Assembly: GCA_951406725.2 (NCBI GenBank)
Contig: OX597815.1
Span: 137,206,001 to 137,270,000, forward strand
Source: Octopus vulgaris
Taxonomy: Eukaryota
Direction: 5' to 3'
Length of the DNA: 64,000 nt
The position numbers and the translations under genes are program-made. The notes below the pieces were generated by a model. That model was not told the origin of the DNA. It saw only the letters and a program-made list of their open reading frames with translations, and searched no databases. Positions 52,816-64,000 of the stretch are shown one piece after another (position 1 is the first letter of the stretch; every line of letters starts with the position of its first letter).

Positions 52816-53636
52816 AATATTTAGTTATGCCGAATCGCAACAAGGTGGCATTAAAAAAAAAGTTCGTAAAAGAAAAGGAGTGAGAATATAAAAAATATTT
52901 TGTGAAGCTCTGATGTAGCGCAAGATTATATTTATTCTGCAAATGCTTTCCGCCGTTATTTTATATTTCCCGAACATTCGATCAGTCAGACAAGTATGCT
53001 GGGTTTTAATGAAAAACGTGCTTTAATCCGAAATGACAGGGAACATCATTGTTGCATTGGTTAACACAGGCATTGTATGTTACACATAAAGGGTAGTAAT
53101 TCACAACTTAGTGTTTTCTTTTTGAAAAGGTAACAGAGTTTCTCTGCATGAGACGAAGATGTCGATGGCCTTTCTATCATAGAATGAACGTAAGAATATT
53201 TCTTTTTTAGTGGGGAAGGAGTGATTATTCATTTGATTTATTAATATTTACATTTAGCTTAAATTTCTGTTCGGTTTTCCGTGACGACTTTCTGGCTATC
53301 CAATGAGTTTTAACTCGGCAGCATTTCAAATTCCGCAAGCACAGCAGAAGGAATGAAGATGGTAGTTTTTGAAAGGAGTTACCTTTTTGCTAATTAAGAT
53401 ATGGCAAGGTAAAGCGAAACTATAATATATTCTGTTGAATATAGTTGATAGTTGCTGAAGAGGGCGTTGTATATCTTAACCGTTGCTACAGTACTTCATT
53501 TTATCACTTGTTAAAGATATCTCTACAGATTTTCAATATAAATTATTACCGGTACTGATATTGTTACGACGGTTTGTATCCGAGTACACCTAATATAAAC
53601 AATAATGAGATCGAAGATGAAAATTGAGTAATGAGT

Positions 53637-53677
53637 GTATATGCCATATTTCATGAGTTTTACTACTTCATCAGTAC
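53637..53677 (-). ncRNA. Possible hammerhead downstream of a decayed PLE ORF
   Basis: GUA-CUGAUGA-AGUAGUAAAACUCAU-GAAA-UAUGGCA-UA-UAC; weak helix II. Confidence 0.4.
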
Positions 53678-53779
53678 CAATCCTACCCAACTATCATCGT
53701 AACAAAACCAGTGCTGGCTTTTAGTTTTATAGAAAACCTGTAGACATGGCCTTAACAGGCGATTTAGTAACACTGCTAA

Positions 53780-54480
53780 CACAGGAGAATAAAGTATTTA
53801 CTTATAAAAGCGTTGAATATACTTTGTAGTATATTATGTTTGCATAATGAAGTACGGTGTCCTTACAGGCCATTGATACCCCCATTTTATTGTGGAGTTC
53901 TTTCCTCTTCTCCTTTAGGAACCAAATATATTTCAAAATGGAAATTACATTACACTTATTTCTGGAACTGTGTATTAGTGAACTGTGAATATGTAGATTT
54001 AACGGTATTTTTAGTTAGGTTGACCATATGTGTGCGTTTTCCTTATGGCCTGCCGATCTTGCAAATGCTTTGGACACCATTTCTTTCGGCATGCATTGTC
54101 TGACAAAAGTGTACCTAATCTTTTCCATACAGCTGAGTTCGGTTTGGGTTGTAGACACTTTATCAGGGCTAAAGATTTGTTCTCCCATATTACTGTCACA
54201 CCTACAGATTGCCTTAATAAATTTGGTGTTGAATATTTTGAGATATCTGTGCGTACTAATAAGTAAAATGATGGCTCCGTCAATATTTGTAGATACAGTT
54301 AAATTTTGGACAGATGTAAACCATATATTTTATACTTTTATCTTGATGCAATTTTTTTTTTGTGACATCCTTGCTGAATTCTTTGTGTTAAAACCACACT
54401 CAATCAAACGTCTATTTATGCGCGGAGAAATATCAAATATGGATATTTAAATATGACTCAGTTCGAATAAAATTTAGTAA
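53780..54480 (-). pseudogene. Heavily decayed Penelope-like ORF of a different subfamily
   Basis: IWFTSVQNLTVSTNI...YLKIFNTKFIKAICRCDSNM and ILKYIWFLKE resemble the PLE IWFNPP..STNIG..KIFN..SYSCM and LSKYIW motifs. Confidence 0.5.
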
Positions 54481-54502
54481 TAGTGTGTTATATATGGCAG
54501 TG

Positions 54503-54553
<51 letters not shown>

Positions 54554-54823
54554 ATGTGGGATTCTCTCGTCGTGAACAACATACGAAGGTTCAGTAAAAT
54601 AAGGCAGTAATCATATTCTATGGACACGAGAATTTGGCAAGTGGAACGAGATGAGGACTCACTTTGCTCGAGTGCTTGTGGATAATTGACTATGTGTTTC
54701 CTTGAGTAGACGGCAATGCCTGCTTTGCTTCGTGCTACAAAACCACAATGACAGGTAAGGTTTCCATTTAGAGGGGCGGCGTTTTACACACACACACACA
54801 CACAAATATGTGTGTGTGTGTAA

Positions 54824-55690
54824 AATCTAATCAACAACATGAACAATAATATTAACTTTACCATGGAATACAGTAAAACTCAACTACCATTCCTGGATAT
54901 ACTAATCATCACAAGAGATAAGATCATTGAAACAGATATTCGCTACAAACAGATTCTAAACAATACTTACTATTCTCCTCATGCCATCCCAAACACACGA
55001 AGAATAATATCCCCTTTAATCTAGCTTGAAGAATCTGCACAATTGTCTCGAAGCCTGAAAGTTATAATAAAAGACCCCAGGAACTAAAACAAGTACTGCT
55101 TAAAAGACAATATCCATTAATGCTAATAGACAACGGGATAGTACGTGCCAATGCAATCAATATCGAAGAACTACGAAAAACGAAAAACGTTCCAGATACA
55201 TCCAATAATCTACTCTTTATTACAACACACAACCCAAGAAACACAGAGGTTTACAGTATTATCCACCAGAACAGATCACTATTAAAATACAACCCAAGAA
55301 TGAAACAAGCATTCGAAATACAGAAAATAATCAAAAGTAAAAGACAAAGTCCCCCAAAAATTCTTAACAAGTGCTAAATTACCTTCCACAATTCCTACAC
55401 CAACAGTAAAAAAATTTGACCATCTCAATTGCGGAACCTGCATCAACCTTAATGAGGACACAACATACAAATTCAAATCAGGACATACTTTTACCGTCAA
55501 AAATCACATGTTCTTCATGGAATGTAATATATGCTGTCAAATGTCAAGGATGTAATGAAGATTACACAGGTCAAACAAAGCTTACTCTAAGAAATTGACT
55601 GACCATTCACCGACAACAAATATGAGACCCCAGCACTAGATAGATTCCACTGAGTAGTCGCATAGACATATGCGCAAATATTTGCAAATA
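54824..55690 (+). pseudogene. Decayed Penelope-like RT thumb plus GIY-YIG fragment
   Basis: INFTMEYSKTQLPFLDILI, SCHPKHTKNNIPFNLA*RICTIV, NVIYAVKCQGCNEDYTGQT, HRQQI*DP; homologous to 46169-48262. Confidence 0.9.
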
Positions 55691-56169
55691 TTTGTATGTA
55701 GACGTGTGAACCTGCTTTGGACGGTATGTGCAATTATTTGGGCTTATATTTCCCTGTGTATTGTGTTAACGAAGGAAGAAGGCTTATTTTTTGCTTTAAT
55801 TCATAAATTGGAGCCAATTCACAATTAACGTGAGGTCTTTTTAACTTTTTTTCACTATGTATATATCTATCTGGAGTTTTTGGTAATTTTTTGAAGTTAT
55901 CGCACTTGAAGCATGATGGGTCGTTTTCGTCCTTGCTCCCTTAATATAATTATATACATATGTACATTAATATTAATTTAATGTATAAATTGCTTATACA
56001 TTTTTATAGCATGCTGACTACTTGATAAAAATCATTAACGTGATTTTTATCCTTATATTCTATTATGAATAAATATATATATATATATACACACATACAT
56101 GGTTATATATATTTGCGTATATATTCACACGCACATGTACACACAGACACGCACACACACATACACACA

Positions 56170-56272
<103 letters not shown>

Positions 56273-56400
56273 TCCTTTTAAACCAGATGTGTGAAAATAC
56301 ACTGATGAGCTATGAATGAAATTATCAGACCGTATTTCTGTGTCCTTGCGTCTCAGCAGGTACGGATACTGAATCCATTTTTCCCTGGCCACTACAGTGA

Positions 56401-56447
56401 CCGTAGCTGATGAAGCGTAACGATGTCGAAACACAAGAGTCGTACGG
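56401..56447 (+). ncRNA. Type I hammerhead
   Basis: CCGUAG-CUGAUGA-A-GCGU-AACG-AUGU-C-GAAA-C-ACAAGA-G-UC-GUACGG; a weaker CUGAUGA..GAAA motif lies upstream at 56296-56337. Confidence 0.65.
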
Positions 56448-58011
56448 CAGATGTGAACCCCGCTACTTATTGTCTCTGGAATAATGATAGAGCTCTAATG
56501 TCTCTATAATAGGCACTGGGTATATCCATACATGAGCAAATGAAGATAACTCTAGAGTGCCGATAGCTCTTCTAGAAATAACACCATTAACGTGACCATT
56601 AATACGATACCCAATGTTCGAGAAAAAAACAGGGAATGATCATGACTTGAAGAATTTTGTTTCGTAGATTTACAATAATTATTGCACGTGTTTCATCTTC
56701 TCTAACAGTGTTACTGGAGTATGAGAAAGAAAAGAATCACGTGTATCTGTCTTATCGGGGGACATGGACCCGTTCCTTGTACTAGTGGAGAAGCAGTTAT
56801 AGGTAGTTAATCGGGACAAAGCGTACTGAATGTAGATTTAAGGAATCAGGATGAGGAGCGCAAACAGACTGAATAGATCCGATACACATTTGATCATACT
56901 CGTGTGATCATACTGTACTTGAGTCGATAAAATACGAAGATCAAGGAAATTCGCACAACAATGACCCTTCGTTACTCGTTACTTTTGTAGATTAGTATGG
57001 GTAGGCATTTAGAGCTGAGGTCTCGAAGAATGTATCATTGATTGGGATCCCAACAGACATACAAATCCTCGTAATACCGAAGACCACCAGGCCATACCAT
57101 CTCGAGTTGTGGGTGTAAAAGAAAAGGCGATGAAACAGAATGCGCAAGGCAGGGAACCAATCTGCAAGACATGTGGTAGTAAAAACAACAAGAGGGTATT
57201 CTGCTCACAAGTGCAGCAAAGACAAAAGGAAATGGAACAGTTGCAGAATCATCAGCATGCTACAAAGAATACTACTGCCCTTAAAGTACTATCGGTCGAA
57301 GTTCCGAAATCGCAAGAGGAGAACCAACTTAGCTGGAAGACGAATGAATCTGTACACCACTTACCGTCAGTGAGAACAACGAAGATTGAAGGAAGCTTGA
57401 AGAAAGGTGTGATCTACAGCAAAGAAAAAGAGTAAGAATTCTTTTGTCCTGAATACCAGAAGCTGACTCGCAGGGGCTCACTCCTATTCCAATAGTATTA
57501 CCCAATCATCTTAAAGCAATGAGGAGCTATGGAAACTGGAGAGGAGTGAAAACTCACGTGAACAAAACCAGCTCCACGAAAAGGGATGTAAAACATGAAA
57601 AGAGAATAGCATGAATATATAATTAGTTGATAAAATAAACCTTCTAGACTTAGAAACGCATCCGTGGAACAAAACAAACGAAGTGCGAAAAGAAAACACA
57701 GGAACCGAATACAAAGAACGATAGAAATTTACTCAAAACACCAGTAGAAACAAGTGAAGCTGCAGTTCTCAGAAGATTATGGACAGAATGTTAATGGGCA
57801 CTTTTGGGTGCATGAAATTCTACAATGAGAAGTGGAACAAGATCAGACTTATGCTGTGCTCGAGAACAACGTAGGTACCAAGTGCCCACTCGGTTGTGAT
57901 CATGTAACCTTGAAAGTATTCTTGTTTTTGGTTTCTAATCTAGATTACATCTTATGTTAATTGTTGTATGCATTTACATTATATATATATATATTTATAC
58001 ATACGGATGTG

Positions 58012-58029
<18 letters not shown>

Positions 58030-58082
<53 letters not shown>

Positions 58083-58202
58083 TAAATTCTTAATACTTTT
58101 ATAATGTAACGTCATCACACTTCCCCGTTTTCATATAACATTTTATATGGACTATTTGGGCCTAAGTTGAAAACAATTATTGCTGTTGCTGTTGCTGCTG
58201 CT

Positions 58203-58237
<35 letters not shown>

Positions 58238-58243
58238 TATTAC

Positions 58244-58298
<55 letters not shown>

Positions 58299-58425
58299 TT
58301 TTTTTTTATTTTTTTTTTTTTATTATTATCATTGTTCAGGCGCTGAAGTCGACTTTGCCTTCCATCGTTTCAGGGTGGTATCGGGGTCAATAAAATAAGT
58401 AACAGTTGAGCATATATAGTAAAAC

Positions 58426-58511
<86 letters not shown>

Positions 58512-58536
58512 ATTATTATTATTGTTGTTGTTGTTG

Positions 58537-58610
<74 letters not shown>

Positions 58611-58680
58611 TATCCTCATCATCATCATCGCCATTCTTTTATTGTTATTACTTTTATTTCTATAACGATAATAATAACTA
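58030..58680. repeat. Compound trinucleotide microsatellite (ATT/GTT/CAT)n
   Basis: Directly visible; a similar block lies at 2295-2585. Confidence 0.95.
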
Positions 58681-59179
58681 ATAAAATGACACAATGCACG
58701 AGTGAAAAATGAATACTTGAAGATCACAATCATGACGAATGTATAAAATTGTAAAGTAAGATTTTAAATATGATTATTGAAGTGATAACCAACACCTCAG
58801 ATTTTTCTTTTGTCAACAGTTCATTAATTGATATTGTCGCTTGTAATAATATCTAAGCATCATTCCGTCAATATCCATAGACAGCTCTCTCATCATCTGT
58901 TTTCTTTTCATTCTATATCATACTTTCTTTATTACTCTCTCTCTTTCGATCTCCCTCTCTCTCCCTTTCTTCCTCTTTCTCTCTATCTCTCTCCCTTCTC
59001 AATCTTTCCCTTTGCGTCATATTCTAGGTTTTTCTCTTCATTTCATTTCAGTTTTCTATTTTCGCCTCTCACTCTTAATCTTCATATTTCGACAAGCTAC
59101 TTTAAACGTTCCCTATCTATCTGCTCCTCTATCGCACAATATCTATGTATGGCTTTCCATCTATCGATCACTATCAAGA

Positions 59180-59232
<53 letters not shown>

Positions 59233-59869
59233 CAGACAGATAGATAGACAGAGAGACAGACAGGTAATTATATACGCATATGTAAATTCATACATACATA
59301 CATACATACATACATACATACATACATACATACATACATACATACATACATACATACACACATGCAAAAACACATACATATATATGTGTGTATGTATACA
59401 CGCATCCAGACATGCATGTACTGAAATATGTATGTATGTGTGAGCGTCCAAATGTGCACATATGCACAGATACGTATACATATATAGCTATAAATTTGTG
59501 CGTGTGTGTGTGTGTGCACATGACATGTGTGCATATGTATATGTGTGTATATCGGTGCTTCAATATGTGTACTCACTATATTCAATCTTTCGCTCTATAT
59601 CAATCTTGTATATGTCTATTGTTTCTTAAGATGTCTTTCTTAATTTCATTCCATCGACCTATCGATATATATATATATCTATCAATAGGAATGCTTGTAA
59701 ATATGAGTTTATTTGTGCGTACGTTTCTGTTGTTATGTAACACAGTAGCTATTCATGTGTATTTGTATTTATATTTATATTTATATTTATCTCTATCATC
59801 TTGGTATCTCATTATATATATATGTTTATATAAATGAATGTATCCGTATATTTTTCTAAATCAAACTAA

Positions 59870-59965
<96 letters not shown>

Positions 59966-60309
59966 AACTAACTATATATATAAACACTCATACATACATA
60001 CACATGTATTCACCCTTTCTTTTCCACATATCAACACTTTTACAAAATTCTTTCAAAATGTAAAATTAGAACAAAAATAAAACATAATAAAAATATACAT
60101 TTCTACTTGTCTTTTTTAACGTGTAACGGGTAAAATTTTTATTGTCATACAGTTGTATTGAATAAGAAGAATATTGAAAATAATATTTGAAAGACAAATA
60201 GGAATTAAAACAGTGTCTCTTTTACTAGGTTTTTTCCCTCTTTCTTTAATTTTTAAAATTCAATGTACTAGTATTGTATTTGTTTCTGTCCATATATATA
60301 TACGTACAT

Positions 60310-60340
<31 letters not shown>

Positions 60341-61715
60341 TATGTGACATATACATGCCATATGAGTGTGTATGTGTCTCTTTCCACGTCACTATTAGTG
60401 AGAGTTTAAAGGGTGGGATGGAGTTGAATTTCCCTCAGGATATGAGAATTAATAATGGTTTGGCTGGTTAGTTGTTTTTTTGTGAGATATGGTGTATGCG
60501 TCATTATGTTGTGCATTGTCTTAAATTTTTTTTTTAATGTCTTCTTTTTCGATTATGTCAAGTTCGATAAAGCAATCTATATATTGAAGAATTGTGATTG
60601 GTATTTATGAATGTAGTTTGGGCTGGAGTGGAGGTGGAAAAATGTATATTTACATATTTATTCAAACGGACGCTGGTGTATATCTATAATATAAATTGGA
60701 CATGGGCAATCGTTCTATTCTTTCTTTCTTGAGGTTCACAGCCAAATGGCTGGGTGGATTCGCGTAAAAAAAGGCTCACATATGGTGATGGGTGCATAGA
60801 TTGGAATTCAGTTTGTATTTTTTCCTAGCACCCATAGTTATTGAGAAAATCGATAAAAAATTTTTTCTAATGGAATTCCCCCGTTTGTTCCGCTATTAAA
60901 ACAACCAGTTGCTCACACAGCCGGCATATACCATTTCGCTAGCAACAAGGGGAGTACAGGATGACAGTCAGCCAAAACTTTCACTATGCTGTCTCTCTTC
61001 TTTTACCTCTTTGTGGGGTTAATAATCTTAATCCTTAGTTACAGTTTCTCATTCAAACTACATAATACGCAGAATTGTCGGATTATGTTTTGAGGGAGAT
61101 TTAGCTGCTACTTCTACCAGGTTTAGCTACTATGTAGAAGTCTCAACTTAAAATAGTTGGTGTGACATATCTTTAGTAGTTTTCATTATATACGTCATTT
61201 CGTGCTGAAGTGAACAGATCTTTTACTACAAAATTCTTGTGGAGAATCTCTCCAATCAGGTTTCTTTGATCTTTCCTTTCGATATAAAATATCAGATCAT
61301 CCCTACATCTTGTGTGTGGGTGGGTGTGTGTGTGTGGGTGGGGGTGTATACACACCACACATCCATATTATTTATAATTTTCACTTTTACTGGTAATATT
61401 TATGAAATCAGTGTATGATTTCAACGGAAATCTTATAAGCTGACAAGGTGACCAGAGTTTAACCCAAGACGTCGTGAGAGCCACTAATGAACATGCATTA
61501 AGCATCAAAATGCGAAATCGTCGATGATCTGACTGTATTTGCGACGATAGGGAGCTTGCCTCCCTTGTCACTTCATTAAGATAGTGCTTTCGTGGCTATT
61601 GAGTTTTTTTACTCTTATTTCTAGCAATACTGCTGTTGACTAATGCCTTTTGTCCCTTTAATGACGTATGTATTTCTACCTTTTGGTCGTGAGATAGCGA
61701 ATTAGCCACACATAT

Positions 61716-61791
<76 letters not shown>

Positions 61792-62795
61792 GAATGAGAG
61801 AGAAAGAGAATGAGAGAGAAAGAGAGAGAGAGAGAGAGGGGGGGGAAATAAATATATTTATTCTGGTAAAAAATATATTTTCAGAAAAATTTTATCAGAT
61901 CACGTGAGTATAAACAAAGTTATTAAAACAAATCCTGAAATCAATCACAGTTAATTTTGTAGAACTTGGCCCCAGCATGGCCACAGCTCATTAGCTGAAA
62001 CTGGAAAAATCAAAATCAAAATCAAACTTCTAAATATACAATGTTTTCAGTGTGTACTTTAATTAGTGTACAAAGAAAAAGAGTTTTGGGGCTGCCAACT
62101 TGCGAACATCCTACATATAATTGCTCATGAGAAAAAGCAAGGAGAAGCAAGGTTAAGTCCAACAACGTTGAGAGATTATGGTTTGTTTATGGACATAGCA
62201 AAACGTACTTTGACAGGGAACGTTATAAATTTAGTGACCCATCCCCACCCCACCACACTAGAACCTTCCCCGAATAATAAAAAACCTTCGTCCCAAATTT
62301 GGTACAGATTGATTCAGTGGTTTGACCGTGCAGAACAATAGGTCGTATGGCTAGGGGGAAATTGAAGATTCGATTTCGAATCTGAAGTGGGGCCAATATC
62401 CAAGTAGAAATAGTCACATCAGATTTAAATATGAAATATCGAGTGTAGAACAATTATTTGAATAACTCATGTCGATATCTAATGGGAATATTGAACTGCA
62501 AATTTATAAAGTTTATCTTATAAATTGAAAGATATCCTACCGTGTACAAGCGTGTGTCCGTATGAAGACCTTTCGTTATTTAGAAACCTTATGGTTTCTT
62601 TTGTCTTTAAACCTCTATTAAAGAGCGTTTCAGAATCGTCTAGCTTTAAAGTAAAAAAAAAAACTGACGTAATTTCCAGACAGTCAAATTTGGTACAGAT
62701 TGATCCAGACATACATACATATATATTAAGGAAAATAGCTTCCACAGAACTTATATATATACATACATACATACATACATACATACATACATACA

Positions 62796-62831
<36 letters not shown>

Positions 62832-63710
62832 TATATATATTCCCGGGGTGACAACTTCAAAAAGAAGCTATGTATGTCCAGCCACTTAAAGAACTCAAAG
62901 ATAAACTTGAGAATGAATAAAAGTTAAAAAAAAGAAAACGATAAGGGATTGTGTGTGTGTATGTGTATGCATGTGTGTGTGTATGTGTGTGTGTGTAGTG
63001 TGTGTGGGGGGGATATATACATACATCTTTTTCATCAACCAACATTTCTATCACAAAGCATTGGTCATCCATGGCAATTGCAATAGGAGAGGACTTTCGA
63101 AGCGAATTTTTCTAACTGTATACTCATGCCCACTCTCAACTCAAACTGAATTAACGTAACCTAAAAAAACAAATAGCTACTGTAGTATTGTTACTAAGGA
63201 TTTTAAGAAAGGCCTATACAAGAACGCATCGCCGGTGAACTACTGATAAAATATCACATATAAATTAGTGAGTGGAATTGTGGAACAAAAAACTATAATC
63301 TTAAAATTGAATTGTTTCCTATGATTTAAATATTTAGTAGACTATATTTCGTTGGTACCAAAAACAAGATACCGTGGTTTATCAGGAGACTGAGTAAATA
63401 AAAATTAAAGATGAAAACACTGACTTTTATAAATGTAAATACACTAAACAAGTAAATATTTAGTAATATATATGAAGGCTCAAAATAAAAGAAATACACA
63501 TGGCGTTCGCGCTGGTCGCTGATGTGGCGATTTTTCGTCTCACTCCGATATTTATTGTCTTCAACAAAGAATGTCTATAGGAGATGTTATCTCAGGATGC
63601 ATACCGCAGTAACTAGCCTGTTAATGCAGAGTGCTTTACATACCTATTTGTAGCTATGTAAAGGCTCAAATATTTATAGCTATTTATAGCTATGTAAAGG
63701 CTCAAATATT

Positions 63711-63870
63711 CTTTTCTACTCTAGGCAGAAGGCCCGAAATTTTGGGGAAGGGGGCCAGTCGATTAGATCGACTACAGTATGCAACTGGTACTTAATTTAT
63801 CGACTCCGAAGAGATGAAAAGCAAAGTCGACGCCCGGCGTGCTAACGTTTCTGCCAGCTCGCCGCCTTAA
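63711..63870 (-). mobile_element. Internally deleted Nin-like SINE with 16-bp target-site duplication
   Basis: taaaggctcaaatatt at 63695-63710 and 63871-63886. Confidence 0.8.
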
Positions 63871-64000
63871 TAAAGGCTCAAATATTACGATATCAATATA
63901 TATTTCTAAGGCAAATTTTTAAACGGTACTTTTTATAATGGCATGAAACAATAATGGATCAGATACCTAACAAATTATATAAACTACGAAATATTAGACA

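Noticed and set aside
57050-57900. Possible LTR-retrotransposon gag zinc knuckle (CKTCGSKNNKRVFC) and integrase remnants
   Set aside because: Motifs are too degenerate and no LTRs or RT were seen; cannot be supported without a search

Overview
This is AT-rich eukaryotic DNA saturated with microsatellites ((TA)n, (CA)n, (GATA)n, (AAT)n). The repeat repertoire suggests a cephalopod, probably Octopus (inference). No intact host gene is recognisable, and nearly all short ORFs in the track are microsatellite artefacts. The only intact coding sequence is a young Penelope-like (probably Neptune-type) retroelement with RT and a C-terminal GIY-YIG domain. It is present as a ~5.1 kb head-to-head inverted pair (45492-50636) with a minimal hammerhead ribozyme (HHR) in each 3' pseudo-LTR. 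The window also holds decayed mariner, Tc1, piggyBac-type, Helitron, Tx1/L1, CR1-like and Penelope fragments and many tRNA-derived SINEs. The main hidden signal is about 20 type-I hammerhead motifs, read by eye on both strands. They belong to 10 or more small non-coding families that insert into (TA)n tracts as partial tandem repeats (monomers of ~487, ~548 and ~616 bp) and/or fold-back 5' inversions. This is a dense ecosystem of retrozyme-like elements probably mobilised by Penelope-type RT. Several families have expanded HHR loop II, two of them with a GTAAGTA splice-donor motif, and share a second conserved structured motif (TAGAAAYAG) on the opposite strand. All structures were read manually; none were computed or tested.
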